From assembly GCF_009914755.1 (NCBI RefSeq), contig NC_060945.1: a stretch of 64,000 bases of DNA; one strand, written 5' to 3'. The translations under genes and the position numbers were made by a program. Each line of letters begins with the position of its first letter. Within the stretch, counting starts at the first letter, position 1. This document shows, piece after piece, positions 18,009-39,748 of this stretch. The stretch comes from the human T2T-CHM13v2.0 reference genome, Homo sapiens. The notes beneath the pieces were generated by a model that saw nothing but the letters and a program-made list of their open reading frames with translations, was not told the origin of the DNA and searched no databases.

Positions 18009-19225
18009 AAAGATGTATTTTTATAAGAAATTCTCGCAGGGGATTGAGATGAAAAGGGTTGGAAACAAGATGGTGGCCAACCCCAAGAGCTGCTGTTTAT
18101 CCTCTTTTGGGGGAAGCCTCCACCACGTGGGGCTCCTGCGTCAACCTGACTCCAACCCCGCCCCCAGCAACACTCTCCTCCCTTTTCTTGTTACATACTT
18201 TAAACAAGAAAGCCTTTCAGTAATGCTGCACTGCAAGGAGGTGTTGTTAATGCATCACACGGTTTAATGTGGCCATTCTACACAGAAAGATCTGTTTGTG
18301 AATGTGTTGTCTTTCATCAAGTTTACACTAAAAGACAAAATCAAGACAGTTCCTTTAACATGAAGAGCAGAAGGGAAGTAGGTCTTCTCCAGGCTGGCAG
18401 CTAGTGCTTCCTGACAGGGCCAGGCCACTTGGCCACACCAACCTCCTACGCCCCATGCTCTGTATTCCGACCAACCGACGAAACCTCGGGGCCACCACAG
18501 GTCTTTCACTCTGTTTCCTCCAGGCCAAAGTCGGGCTGCACCCGCAGGCTGGCTCGGCCCAGAATTCCATACACCATCATCCAGACGAACAGGTGGCCTC
18601 GTGGGAGTCGCATTCAGGGGCAGTATCTGCCCTGGATCTCAGAGGACGGGGTCTCCAATGAGGAACCTCCACCACCCGCCCTAGGAAAGACCCTCATTCA
18701 AAACAATTTCACAACCTGTTAGCATTTTAGCATAAATTCCAGGTTAATGGAATACCTGGAATTTCAAATCATGTAAAGCAAAGCAAAAAAAAAAAAAAAA
18801 AAAAAAGACAACTGAGCCGAGCTTCCTGTTTACAGTTAGCTAGAGTGACAAATGTGGACAATTTTAAATCATGGTGCCCATACCAAACAGGCAGCCCCCT
18901 GAGTTATGGACAGAGCAGGGGACCGCCCCCCACCCCCCAATCCCGCAGCTCTCAGGGCGTATTTCAGCATCAGGTAGAACACACGTGCACACAACACACC
19001 ACACACACCCAGGGCGAGTTATGGGTTTCCCCTAGAGAGGATATGGAATAAGGTTCTGGGGGAAATTCCACACGATCGTCCAGTTCCGTCTGTAGCTGTG
19101 GTTTTACAGATGCAAAGCGTGATAGTGCTGACCAGTTCTCCTTTCCCTATCTCTGTTGTCTTTTTTATAGTGAGGATGTGGTGGGGGCACGAGCTTAAGT
19201 GAAATAATAAAAGTGATAAATATCA

Positions 19226-19356
19226 TACCTGTAATCTCAGCACTTTGGGAGGCCAAGGCAAGAGGATCACTTGAGTCCATGAGTTTAAAATGAGCCTGGG
19301 CAATATAGTGAGATCCCACCTCTAAAAAATATTTAAAAAGTAAAAAAAAAAAAAAG
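19226..19356 (+). mobile_element. Alu monomer (FLAM-like)
   Basis: Left-arm Alu sequence with A tail. Confidence 0.8.
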
Positions 19357-19429
19357 TAATAAAAATGCAAAAAGATCACACTAATGGCATGGTTTATTTT
19401 GTGCTGTGGTTGGAGCTAGATTCTGGAGG

Positions 19430-19570
19430 CCAAATGAGGTTCACTCTGGCCTCTGCTGCGTCAGAGCTCCATACCTTGGCCAAGTGACTGCACCTCTCTG
19501 CCTCAGTTTCTCCTTCTGTACAGTGGGATGATGCTTCTGACACAGGAGCATGGTGAGCTCTCATGAGAAG
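19430..19570 (+). mobile_element. MIR
   Basis: ccttggccaagtgactgcacctctctgcctcagtttctccttctgta matches the MIR core. Confidence 0.7.
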
Positions 19571-20052
19571 GGATACAAGCTCTATACCCAGGGCCTGGGC
19601 ACACCTGATGCCATCACATGCCACAACGTGTGCCATGCGGGGTACTGCACGGGCACAGGCCTGCCCTGCTTCCCACAGCCCTGCACGGGAGGGGCCCCTA
19701 CACAACAGACACAGACCCTGTGGCTCAGAGAAAGAAGGAAGTGCCCTAAACGAGCCCAGATCCAATCAGGGTCTCCCTGGCTTCTGAGATGGGCCTTTCC
19801 CCAGACTAGGTGGGTTATAACTTTTATTTAAAACTTTCAGTTCCAGCTGATGGTTATACCATTGGGAGCCTCCATTTACTTAGAAATGAAACTGAAAACA
19901 GACAACTAAAGCATGTCCAGGACTCCTGGCTCCACACCATGCCAGGCGACATCACTCAAGTCTCCAAAGATCACCAAGTGTCCAGCTCAGCTCCTGCCCT
20001 CATCAGCAAGTTTTCCAAATGAAAGTTACGTTGAAAGCCACAGTTACCATAC

Positions 20053-21080
<1,028 letters not shown>

Positions 21081-21561
21081 TTACTGATGTGTGGACCTCA
21101 GACCCCCAGGGAAGGGGTCATGAAAAGCTTCTGAACCCCCACGTGCCAGGGAAGGGCTGTGGCTGAACCTGCGGGGGAAGGGCTGGCTCTCAGGTGGCTT
21201 GAGATATGGAAATAGGAATTTCCTCCTTCTAGGTCAAACATTCTGGAGCAAACCTCTCCCAAGACATGAGGAAAGACAACATAGGTAGAAACTTGTTACT
21301 CTTGTGTAAGAAGGTAATTGAAGTCTAGGAGAAATAAATGCACTCGGTGCATGTTGGGACTAGAAGAGAATGCAGAGAGAGCCCCGGAGAAAAGTTTAAA
21401 GGCCATGCTCTGCTGCCTCCAAGCCAGCCCTCACTGGAGCCTGCTCACAGCAGCCGTGGGCAGGAGCGTGCTTCCACACCCGGTCTGAGCAGATACCCTG
21501 CAAGGCAGGCACCCAGGAGAATTCCCTTAGGAAAATGCCACAGCCCTGCAGGGCCTGCTGC

Positions 21562-22870
<1,309 letters not shown>

Positions 22871-24338
22871 ACTGCTCCTGGCCGCAGCCGCGGCTGGGCC
22901 GGGTGTGGACTCTGCACTTATCTATCGTTGGTCCTGTGGGATGACTCAAGCTGCTCCAAGTTCTGGAAGACCGCACTCTGTGTAGACTATGCAGAGAGGG
23001 TTTTGCAGATGAACCAGATATTTGCAAAGGTGATGACTTGGACACACCGAGGCCTTCAGGGTGGCAGGAGAAAGTCCAAGAAAAAGGCATCCAGTGGGCA
23101 GGGCAGCCAGTTTCATTGGGAGAGGGACCCACAGGGAGACTCCAGATGGAACACCAGTCAGGGGTTTGTCGGCGGAGAGGAGGTGGGGAGCTCAGGCCAG
23201 CCAGTCCTCGGCCTTATCCTTCCGATCAGAGATGGCATTACATAACAGACAGGCTGGGTTCCGGCGGCCTTGTCCCTGTCTTGGCTCAAATGCCAACCAC
23301 ATGTCCCTTGTCAAGGCTGAGTTAGAAAGATAGGAAGAGGCAACCTGACACCAAAGTGTGAGCTTTGAAAGGGAGGGGCGATGCCCTGGAATGAGAAGTT
23401 CCTGTTTCTTTTCTACCTCTTATTTGTCACAGGTCCTCAAGTTCTGTTACAGTTTTTTTTTTTCCTTCTCAAGAATTATGCCCAGCTGAGGGAACACGAG
23501 GCGGTGCAGACACGGAATTAGGTGTAAATTTGGAGACCATGGGGGTGTGTGGCTTAGATACCAGAGAAGAGGAACACCACTGTGAACCCGCTGCCCTACA
23601 CGGCAGTTCTAGGGCTGAACTCACCGAACAGTGTTAACAAAAAGAGGCCTTGGTGTCTTATCATTTTTATTTAACGCACGAACATTAAGCAGTGTCTCAC
23701 CCTGGACATTTTACAAGAGATTAAGCTGGCCGGATGCCTTTGCAAAAACAGTGCCCTAAAAATGTGTCATGTTTGGCCAAGATGCTCATCCAAGAATGGA
23801 AAAGGCCATGTACACAATCCAAGCACCCGAGGGTGTTCTACTCCCAACTGACCCTTCCCAGGAGCCCGGGCAGATCCCAACAGGACTTCCTCCTTGTGGG
23901 TATGCATAGGATCCAGGCTGGCAAGAGCGACCAGGCTCCTCCTCCCGCACTCACAGCCCCGTGAAAGGGGAGGGGAGGGGAGGGAACCCGTCTACCCAAC
24001 TGGTGGGCTCACCCCACCTCAAAGGACAGTGTGAGCCACAGCCACGACAAGGCAGTGGCAAGGGCTCCTTTCCTCATTTGGCCACAAAAACATAAAAGTC
24101 AAGAGCTACGTGGAAAATTGTTGCAAAACAAAACAAGAGTCCGTGTGTGTGTGCTTTTCCTCCGGCAGGAAAAAGCTTCCGAGAACACTGTTAACAGCAG
24201 CCTCATCCCAGCAGGCGGCAGCAGGAGATAGATGGTTAAAAAAAAAAAAGTTTGGACATTTTTATTTTTAACTTTTTAATGACCATGAACTATTTCTGTA
24301 ATTATATCAAAACAAATACAATTTAATCATCCACTTTC

Positions 24339-24633
24339 ACCAGGTGAGGTGGCTCACACCTATAATCTCAGCACTTTGGGAGGCAGAAGACGATGGATTA
24401 CTTGAGCCCAGGAGTTCAAGACCAACCTGGGCTACAAAGTGAGACCCCATTTCTACAGAAAAAATAAAAAAACTAGCCGGGCATGATGCTGCATGTCCGT
24501 AGTCCCAGCTACCGGGGAGGCTGAGGCAGGAGGACTGTTGAGCCCAGGAGGTGGAGGCTGCAGTGAGCAGTGTCTGTGCCAGTACACTCCAGCCTAGGCG
24601 ACAGAGTGAAACCCTGTCTCAAAAAATAAAAAA
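24339..24633 (+). mobile_element. AluJ
   Basis: Diverged dimeric Alu. Confidence 0.88.
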
Positions 24634-24634
24634 C

Positions 24635-24750
24635 AGTCCACTTCCTAAGGCTGCTTTTCTGACACTATGTATCAAGATCCTGAAACATGTGCTAGTCCAC
24701 TTCCTAAGGTTGCTTTTCTGACAATATGTATCAACATCCTTCAAAATGCA
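24635..24750. repeat. 59-bp tandem duplication (2 copies)
   Basis: agtccacttcctaagg(c/t)tgcttttctgaca(c/a)tatgtatcaa... at 24635 and 24694. Confidence 0.88.
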
Positions 24751-24849
24751 CGTACTCTTTCTCAAGTACCTCTACTCTTCTACTTCTAGGAACAGTGAGG
24801 AAATAAACACATGAGCAAAAATAACAACAGAGGTAGGAGAAAATATTGA

Positions 24850-25380
<531 letters not shown>

Positions 25381-25776
25381 AGCCTTGACTCTTATGTGTT
25401 CATTCATTAGAATTTTAGGGGAATTTTAGTAACATGGGGGAAAGAATATAAATGGAATATAGTGTAAATTGTAGCAAAAAATAAATGCAGAAGCAAAAGA
25501 CTGGCAATGCACACCAACACATGAACAGAGCTAATCACCAGTTCACGCAACTACTGTGTGTTTTTATTAAATATTCTTCTGTGTCTTTCAAGTTTTCATC
25601 AATGAACTCGTATTGATTTTATGATAATAGCGGAATTCCTATGTTTGAGACAGAATGGAACCATGGCAGCCTGAGGTCTGAACTTGCCAGAGTGTGGGAG
25701 TATCTGCAAACTGCAGCATGCCCGTCTGTGCTTGCTGAAGCCTGACCCCCACAGCCAGAAAAGTTCTGACACTGAG

Positions 25777-26044
<268 letters not shown>

Positions 26045-26054
26045 GTCCTGACAC

Positions 26055-28448
<2,394 letters not shown>

Positions 28449-28567
28449 AGTCATTGACACCTGGCAAGGATTGACAAATCATAGCTCAGGTAAAGGAAGG
28501 GTAAACAAATTAAACAAAGCTTGTATGTGAAATAGTGAAACCTTAAGAAATCTCTATACCCTTCCAT

Positions 28568-29380
<813 letters not shown>

Positions 29381-30145
29381 TACGATGCTGTTTTTCACTT
29401 CTAATTTACATGTACTATTTCTGTCATGTCCATTTCTGAAATTGTATTTATTAAAAGGATTACAATTGAATTACCTACCGTGTAAGGCCACTTTTCTGGC
29501 AATATGAAGTTTTTTTAAAGATGGAGTCTTGCTATTTCCACAGCCCCGCTTCCTCCACTCCCTGTCCAGACCAGCCCTGAACATTCCACTCCTCTCTGAA
29601 CTGGGAAAGTATCAAAAACACCATACAGAAACCACCCAGCCACAAAGGGATGAAGTCTCTATTTGCCACAAATAGAGAGGGTGCTCACCGCCTGGGAAGG
29701 CACTTCCAAAGCAGCGGGCTCCAGGAGGGCAGGCCCACGGCTCTCTGCACCTCAGCTCCCAAGAGTATAAAATGGGCACTGGAGCACCTGCCGCAGGGCC
29801 CTCCCAGCTCTCCAGGCTGTGCCAGTCTCAGCATCCCGCACCGCTGCCATGGGCTTCCTCCTGCAACCCCAGTACTTTCCAGTGACTTCCTCACACTACT
29901 TACAAGGATTATCTAACAGCGTGGCTCCAGGACTGACGAGGGTATGCAGGAAGGAGAGCTCTCCTATGCTGCTGGGGCAGAGAAAACCGGGAACAGCACT
30001 TTGGTGACTGACTCAGGAATACTTGGTCAAGCTGAAGTATGCACACCAGTGACCCGCCAGGCTCATGCCTGCCCTTGGGGTCCTCCGGTGCTTGTCTGAG
30101 GAGTCGGGAGGCGGTGAACAGACACAATCGCTGCAGCACTGTCTG

Positions 30146-30372
30146 TGCGGACTGAGCATCCCGAATCCGAACATCCCAAATCTGAAACGCTCCAAAATCT
30201 GAAACTTTTTGAGGGCCAATGTGATGCTCGAAGGAAATGCTCACTGGAGTATTTTGGATTCGAGATGCTTGACTAGTAAAAAAATAATACAAATATTCAA
30301 AAATCCAAAAAAAGATCTGATACCCGAAACACTCCTGGCCCCAAGAATTTCAGGTAAGGGATACTCAACCTG
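30146..30372. mobile_element. Tigger4a/MER46A-like DNA transposon
   Basis: tgagcatcccgaatccgaacatcccaaatctgaaacgctccaaaatctgaaac...aagggatactcaacctgTA. Confidence 0.82.
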
Positions 30373-31259
30373 TACTTTCAAAAAAGAGAAAATAATTTCA
30401 TTATCCAGCAACAGGAGATGGGTAAGTGAGCTCGGGTTCATCTGGAATCCTGAATTATAGTTGAAGCAAAATGAACTACAAAGAAAAGAACTACAAAAAC
30501 CAACCTGGAGAAGTCTCAAAATTACGGTGATCTACATAGAGAAAGCTTGTTGCAAAAGTGTACATAAAAAATGGTAAAAATGTTAAACACACAAATACCC
30601 CAGCTGTCACAGGGATACGTAAGAGGTGGGGTGAAGGGGCTGGCAGCACTCTCCTCAGTCTGGGGCCACACAGGCGTCCCCTCCTTGCTGCCTGCTAAAT
30701 GGTACCCACATACCTAACTTGATAATAAAATGCAGACGGAGCCATAAACATCATACAGCAACACAGGTAACATATAAACACAGGTTGAAAATGAAGGAAG
30801 AGCAGCCCAACTTTACAAGAACAGTCATCACTGTAGGTAGGAAGAGGAGGAATGGAGGATGGAACTTCATTATAGATGATGCTTTCCAAAATAGATTCTT
30901 TATATACACATATGGGAAATGTACATGTGAGTTATGGGGAAGGCGGGAAGCACTGCTTCCTTCTTTTCCCTCCTAAAGTGAGACCATACCATCATGTCTA
31001 ACTGCAACTCTAGACTGTAAGTTACAAATCAGTGCATTCAGCAGCCAACAAGAATATACTGTATTTCTCCATGTGGAGCTGGCCTTTGGATTTGCTAGTT
31101 ATGCTGAACATAACTGGCAAATAAACCATTTTTATTAATGGGGAAAATTCAGAGCCCAAGAGTAAGAAATATATAATGATAATAATAATAATAATAATAA
31201 CAACAGCAACAATAATATAATAAGTACAAGGGTAAGATTTGTATTGAAGAGAAAATTTC

Positions 31260-31573
31260 AGCTGGTCATGGAGAGTCACATCTATAATCCCAGCACTTTG
31301 GGAGGCTGAGGTGGGAGGATCACTTGAAACTAAGAGGAGGTCAAAACCAGCTTAGGCAACATAGCAAGACCCCATCTCTGCAAAAAAAAGAAATTAAAAA
31401 ATTAGCCAGGCACGGTGACACGTGCCTGTAGTCCCAGCTACTCAGGAGGCTAAGGCAGGAGGATCATTTGGGCCCAGAAGTTTGAGGGTACAGTAAGCTG
31501 ATGCCCCTGCACTCCAGCCTGGGCAACAGAGCGAGATCCCATCCCTAAAACAATACAAAACAAAGCCAAAAAA
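31260..31573 (+). mobile_element. AluJ
   Basis: Diverged dimeric Alu. Confidence 0.87.
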
Positions 31574-31799
31574 GAGAGAGAGAAAATGTCTTAGGACTTA
31601 TTACAGAAGCTTTTATGCTTTATGCTATCTGACCAGTCTAGTAAGTGGAGCACATAAACTGTTAGCAACAGGAAAATGAATTCTACATAACATCTACATA
31701 GTTCATATACACATAAATATATGTACATAAATCTAGATATATCATAAATATATAAAGTCTACAACATGATGTGCATATTTGAGCAACAGATATCAGATG

Positions 31800-32492
<693 letters not shown>

Positions 32493-33209
32493 TTACATAT
32501 CTGTTTAAAGTTCTGAAAAATTAAGAAAATGTACTAACACATCTTTCTGTGAACTCTGTGCTTCTAATAGCAGCAATGGCTAAATATCAGGAGCTCTGCA
32601 CATCCAAGGAGCAGCTGGTGATGGATTGTGCTCAGTGGGCAGGATTCAGTTATGGGAGAAGGCTGGGAAAGGACAGGAACCCGGGAGTAAACCTGAAGAT
32701 GCTGCAGGAAGGCAGCGAAGGGTGTTTTGAATCTTCCTGCTGACAGCATAAGGAAAGAAACAGACTCTTGGGGCAGGGCTGCTTCGTGCAAATCAGAGGA
32801 TCTGTGGGTCTAGCGGCGCACCTCGCCCAGCACAGAGGGCTCCAGGCTGTGTCCTCCCTGTTGCTAGGGACAGTCCTCTATTCTGGTCTAGGAGAGGCAC
32901 CTCTCCTGTTGCGTGTGGTTGCTGTGGTACGATTACTTAGGGTGCCCCCCATTCTCCTCTCCTACCCCCCAGGGGCTGGCCTCTCCCTGGGATCTGAGAG
33001 GGTGGCCAAGATTCCTTGGCTGGAAATGAACCCGCCTGGTGGCTGCCCACAGAGTAGACTCCTCAACCCCTACTTCACAGCCCTCTGGAGCCACCTGGCC
33101 CCAAGGTTCACCTGTGCCCGTGGCTCTGCATGTTCCCCCAGCATCCTTCCAGGAAACTCGGTCAGCTCATGTCTGTTCTGGTTCTTCCAGTTAAAAATCT
33201 CCAAGCAAA

Positions 33210-33496
33210 GCCAGGCATGGTGGCTCACACCGGTAATCCCAGTACTTTGGGAGGCCAAGGTGGAAGGATTGCTCAAGGCCAGCAGTTCGAGACCAGCCTG
33301 GCCAACACGGTGAAACCCTGCCTCTACCAAAAATACAAATATTAGCTGGGTGTGGTGGCACACGTGTAATCCCAGCTACTCAGGAAGCTGAGGCATGACA
33401 ATCACTTGCACCCAGGAGGTGGAGGTTGTATTCAGCTGAGATCACACTCCAGCCTGGGCGACAGAGTAAGGCCCTGTCTCAAAAAGAAAAAAAAAA
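33210..33496 (+). mobile_element. Alu (J/S)
   Basis: Dimeric Alu consensus. Confidence 0.88.
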
Positions 33497-34421
33497 TTCT
33501 CCAAACGAGAGACGCACAATTAAATGAACAGGACCACAAGGCAACAAGGCCAACGTTTTATGACGAAGAACCCAGGGCTTATGTGACCAACCAAGTCTTG
33601 TCCAAGTCTTGTCTAGCTCTCGAGAGGCCAAACGTGTACATCAACAACACAATCCCAGATCGAAACTCTCCTAGAACTCTGTTCCTGACATGCTGTAGAA
33701 AGCACACCGTGTTTCAATGAGCTCCGACTGGGTGGTTAAAAAACACACAGCCCCACAAGCTCCCATCGTATCTCATCTCCACCGTGGTGAGCTAGGTCCA
33801 GCTACAAGGCGTGACCGAGGGTGGGAGAGGGGAAGCGGTGTAAAACCTTGCCGTGGCGATTCCAGCAAGCATGGTGCAAGTGAGCAAGCGATGAGGTTAC
33901 GCTGTGGCTATTTCTCAAGAATGCCCAATGACCCGCGTAAACCTAAAGGGGACAGAACATTTTGATTTATAGGCTTCTAACCTCACCCTTTTCTTACACT
34001 GTCTATCTCATCCCCCAAAAATCAGCAGAGAATTAAATGTACTGCTCGAGAGGGCTGAAATCACAGTTTCAGGGCTGCTCTGCTGGCATTCTCTGTGGTG
34101 GGAGCTTGTTTGAGTGGGACCTGCTGGCCAGGGCCACGCTCTGAGCTTGGTGATGAGACGGTTCTGTGCACCAGGCTCTCTGGCCTGAGAGAACAGAACC
34201 CAGCACAGAGGCCAGTGCCAGGCAGAGAACCATGAGCAGGCAACATGCCAGCCGCTCGGAGGATGCAGCGGAGAAACAATGTACCTTCTGTAGGAGCCTA
34301 AAGATACGCTGTTGCCTTATACCAGCCTGGGTGCAGACTCATGCTCCCCTGAGGCGGCAGATGCAGTGTTTACCCTCTTCCCTTGCTACCTTCTGAATTC
34401 AAACCTTGAAAAGAGTTTGCA

Positions 34422-34797
<376 letters not shown>

Positions 34798-35787
34798 TTA
34801 TTAAGAGAGATTGCTTTTCCTTTTCTGATCTGCCTAGTCCTTGAGTTTCAGGAGCAGGGTGTGCCTGCCTGCCACACACAACCACAAATTCAGGTATTTC
34901 TGCATCTCTGCTGCTGTGTCAATGCTGACAGAACCCTCATTCCAGACCCCACTCCACTTAGACTAAAGGAAGACTTTGTGTCCACATAGAAAAAGAAACA
35001 CACAAGAATTGCCAGGAAAACACTGAAAAAGGAAGACAAGGGTGACTAGCTCCACCAGATATTAAAACAGACTATAGAAACCCCGTAATTAAAACTGTGT
35101 GGCTCTGGTGCACCAACAAACACATGCACTACGAATGAACAATATAACCACACTGAAGGGGATGGGAAAAACACGGATATAACCTAAGAAGCTTGGAAAA
35201 CTGCATCTTGACTGCATATAAATGCTATAATCCAGTAAATGTGTTTCATAGGTTGGGAACTCAGAAACTACTTCATGCATATACTAGAACTGAACACATA
35301 AGTAGTAAGTAAATAAGACAGCAGGTGTGCAATGTCTTACTCTTGGAGAAGGGAGTTAAGAATAAGAAAGTGAAAAAACTAAAATGAACTCTGTACCGTT
35401 GGACTAGAACCCAAGGTACAGGATACAATCACGGTTTTTCAGATAAACACAGAGAGAAATACACAGAAATATAGACATGCGCACACACGTTGGTATACAC
35501 ACGTATGTTTGCTATTGCTGAACACTGAAGAGGAGCAATGAGAACCAAGAGGTAATGAACACACTTAATGCCTAGGTCTTGGTTTCTAAACACTTCTCCA
35601 ATAAAAGGAATCAGGGCTGCTTGAAGAAGTGGCTGAATCCAGGGCCTGTGGGGAGCCAAAAACAAATATTTTGTGGAAACATGAAGTAAGGAAATGAAAA
35701 AAAAAAAAAGTGGGCTTGATGGAAGAACACAAGAGGCTACTCTCAAAGGAGCACCCTGATGGTCCAAAGGAGAACAACCTAAGCAAC

Positions 35788-36138
35788 TGATTCGGTTTGG
35801 CTCTGTTTGTAACCACCATGTGTCAAGAGAGGGACCTGTAATCCTCACCTGCAGAGGGAGGGAGGTAACTGGATCATGGGGCAGTCTCTCCCATACTGTT
35901 CTCATATAGTGAGTTCTCACAAGATCTGATGCTTTTCTAAGTGTTTGGAAGTTCCTCCTTCCTTCTTCCCTCTCCTGCCGCCTTATGAAGAAGGTGACGG
36001 CTTTCCCTACCATCATGATTGTAAGTTTCCTGAGGCTTCCCCAGCCATGTGGAACTGTGAGTCATTAAATGTCTTTCCTTTATCAATTACCCACTCTCAG
36101 GGAAGTCCTTTAGAGCAGTGTGAAAACAGACTGATACA
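35788..36138 (+). mobile_element. MST/THE1-type MaLR LTR
   Basis: tgattcggtttggctctgt...ccatcatgattgtaagtttcctgaggc...aaacagactgataca. Confidence 0.85.
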
Positions 36139-36470
36139 ACAATATAATAAATAGTGATAGTATGGGATTATAACCCACAGAATAAAATCCATATCCATGA
36201 GTCCATATTGAGCTAAACAATCAGATAAATATCTCATTGGAGGAGAAATGACAGTTCTGTCTTGCGGGAGAGTTCCAAATAATAAAGACAGTAAGGAAGA
36301 GGAAACAGAAAGTCACCATCAAGAGAACTGCACCTGCGCCATCACTGCACACAAGATACACCAATGGTTGCGAAATCAGTGAGGAAGAGTTTAAGGAGCA
36401 ACGGGCTCTGTACAGGCTCAAAGCATCTCCCCACACTACCTGTTAACTACAGCAGGAAAGATAAAGGAGG

Positions 36471-36873
36471 TGACATGATGTGGATCTGTGTCCCTGCCCA
36501 AATCTCATGTCGAATTTTAATCTCCAGTGTTACCAGATGGGCCCGGTGGGAGGTGACTGGATCACGGTGCGGGGAGTTCTCATGAATGGCCTAGCACCAT
36601 CTCCCCTTGGTGCTGTACAGTGAGTGAGTTCTCATGAGATCTGGTTGTTTAAAAGTGTGTAGCACCTCCCGCCTCTTTCTCCCCCTCCTGCTCTGGGTCA
36701 TAGAAGATGACCTTCACCTTCCACCAGGATTGTAAGTTTCCTGAGGCCTCCGCAGAAGCAGAACCTGCTATACTTCCTGGACAGCAGAACCATCAGCCAA
36801 TTAAACCTCATTTCTTATAAACCACCAGTCTTTCTGGCATTTCTTTCTGGCAATGCAAGAAGGGACTAATACA
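36471..36873 (+). mobile_element. MSTA-like MaLR solo LTR
   Basis: TG...CA termini, MST consensus, 5-bp TSD GGAGG on both sides. Confidence 0.9.
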
Positions 36874-37274
36874 GGAGGAGACATAAAATACAAGAGGATG
36901 ACCCCAGCAGAAGTCACCTTAACCAAGGCACCAAGCTCAGCATCCTCTACAACAAGACACGCTGACATCACAAGCCCCAGACACAGTGCACACCACTTCT
37001 GTGGTTTGTGTAATCTCGCTCCAACCATATGAAAATGCCAGGCAAATGGAAAGACAGTCAGCAAAATAATGATCAACAGTCTTTAGTTATCAAGGTCATA
37101 AAAAACAAAGAAAGACTGAGAAACCCTGACAGACTGCAGGTGATGAAGAAGGAACAACTCAACGCCACAGGTACCCTTAATGGGACCCTAGAACAATACA
37201 AGGAGACAGGTGGAAAACTGGTGAAATTCAAAGAAGGCCTTCGCTTTTGTTGTTAGGCATTGTGACAATGTTAA

Positions 37275-37727
<453 letters not shown>

Positions 37728-39748
37728 TAGTAACATGCCACCAATGTTAATTTCTTGGTTCTGATCATTGAGCTGTGGTTATGCAAGGTTGAGTGAGGAA
37801 TATATGAAAGTTGAATTATTTTTTCAACTTTTCTGTGAAAGCAGTTCAAAATAAAAAGTTTAAAAAATAAGACTTTAAAGAGAGCAGCCCACCTTTATTG
37901 TCTCACTATGTCCCAGGCATTTTGCTAAATGTCTCACACAGATCTGATCTCACCTCTAGGAGAGTGGATTTTGTTTTCTGGATTGAATCCAGTTTTCCCT
38001 TCTGCAGATGATGCACAGAGACTCTCCCAGGATCGCACAGCTAGGAGGGTAGAGCTGGAGCACAAAGCAAACCCGCAACCAGCTCCAGAGCTTCCCCACG
38101 GGCCCTTCCACGGGCTGAAGAAGTGCCTTCCCTCCTCAGCAACCTACCAGGGGCCCGCGGGAGTGGAAGTTAGCGTTGGGGGAATTTTAGTTGATGTGAA
38201 CGCTACACCCACACTTTACTGAATCCCTGTCTTGTTGGGAGAATGGGTTAGTGCAAAGAACAAACTGAACTGGCGCCTATTCCTGGGTTTGGCATTGATG
38301 ACTTGCAAAGTCATCAGAGCCTCCTTTAATGTTGATGCTTTAGAAGTGAAAAACAAAGCACATTAAACAGCTTGTTTTGCCCAGGCCTGGCTGGCTCCCA
38401 AGACAGAAGGCCTGAGTCCAGATGGGGGAATGGGCATCACCACTGTTTCTCCTCCTCCAGAGGCCCATGATTCACCCCACTGAGACCAGGGCCTGCCCCG
38501 AGCCGGCTTTGTGCTGGGCACTGGGTCTGGCTCTGCCCAGACAGCCCCTGGCTCTGCCCCAGCTCACAATGCCGGGAGCTGACCAGGGCATAAGTGACTC
38601 CGGGGGGGTCGGGAGGAGGGCAGGGCGGGGAGCATCTTGGCTGAAGGGGAGGATCAGGGACCTCTGAGCTGAGACCCAAAAGATTTAGAGAAGTTAAATA
38701 AGCAGGAAAAAAGATAAGAATTCCAAACAAAAGGAATGACCCGTGGGAAGGCCCACACAGGAAAGGTCCCTGGACACTGGAGCAACAGAAGGGGTCACGG
38801 TGGAGGGTGCAGGGTTCACAGCCCCAAAGAGGCCCAAGTTCCTTCTACTGGAGGAGGGAAGGGCAGCTCCATGGTCCTTCCCCACAGTGGTCACCACAGT
38901 TCTACCAACTGGCTTCCTACACCACAGCCACTGTCATTGGTCAAGGAGTTTGGACTTCGTGAGCACAACTGGAAGGTCATTATATAATGCAAAGACTCTG
39001 AAGTCTGGTGGCCACTTTGTTTACTTTTTAAATGCAGAAACTCCTATTCAAGTCAGTGCTATTAATAATATGTTCCAAGTCCACACAGCATCTTTTTTTT
39101 TTTTTTTTTTTTTTTCTTTTTTTTTACAAAGACCATAATGATCATAGTCTTGATCATTTGCAATTAGAACATTCCTCTAAAGAAACCCTGGGCTGAAGGA
39201 CTAAAGAAACAAACAGCGTTGGGGACCCTCCTAGTCCGGGGCCTCATCCCACTCAGGTGGGCCGCTACCAGACAAGCCCAGAGCACAGGCCACGGAACAC
39301 AGGCCTCGCTTCGGGACAGGTGCTGCCCACACATGGTCCAGACAGCATCAGCCTTGGGAGGAGTTCTGGGCAGCCCACGGGCAGCGGCCATCAGAGGCAA
39401 GCATGCTGGATCCCAGAGTCGAGGAGACTGTAGGACAGCAGTCCCGGAGACTCCCAAGGGGATGTTGGGGGTGTAACTGATTATCATGGACCACTTTGTA
39501 AATATTGATGTAATCGCAGGGGAGCAAAAGGAAAAGCTCAACTGCTGCTTTTGGATACCATAATATTAGTTCTCAGTCTAAGGAGCCTGACCTGAGACTG
39601 AGCCAGTTCTGGGATCTTCTGTTCTGTGTGACCAAAGAGTGATCACATCAATGGGAATTAGGGGTCTGCAACACCACACCAAGTGGAGAGGCAAGAGTCA
39701 AAGCTCAAACAATTGCTTTTACGTGGTGCTGGGTGAAAGAGGAACTCT

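Noticed and set aside
39091-39125. Orphan poly-T (also poly-A at 4545-4560 and 18786-18806) as possible retrocopy tails
   Set aside because: No adjacent recognisable mRNA or SINE body and no target-site duplication. These may cause oligo-dT internal priming artefacts.
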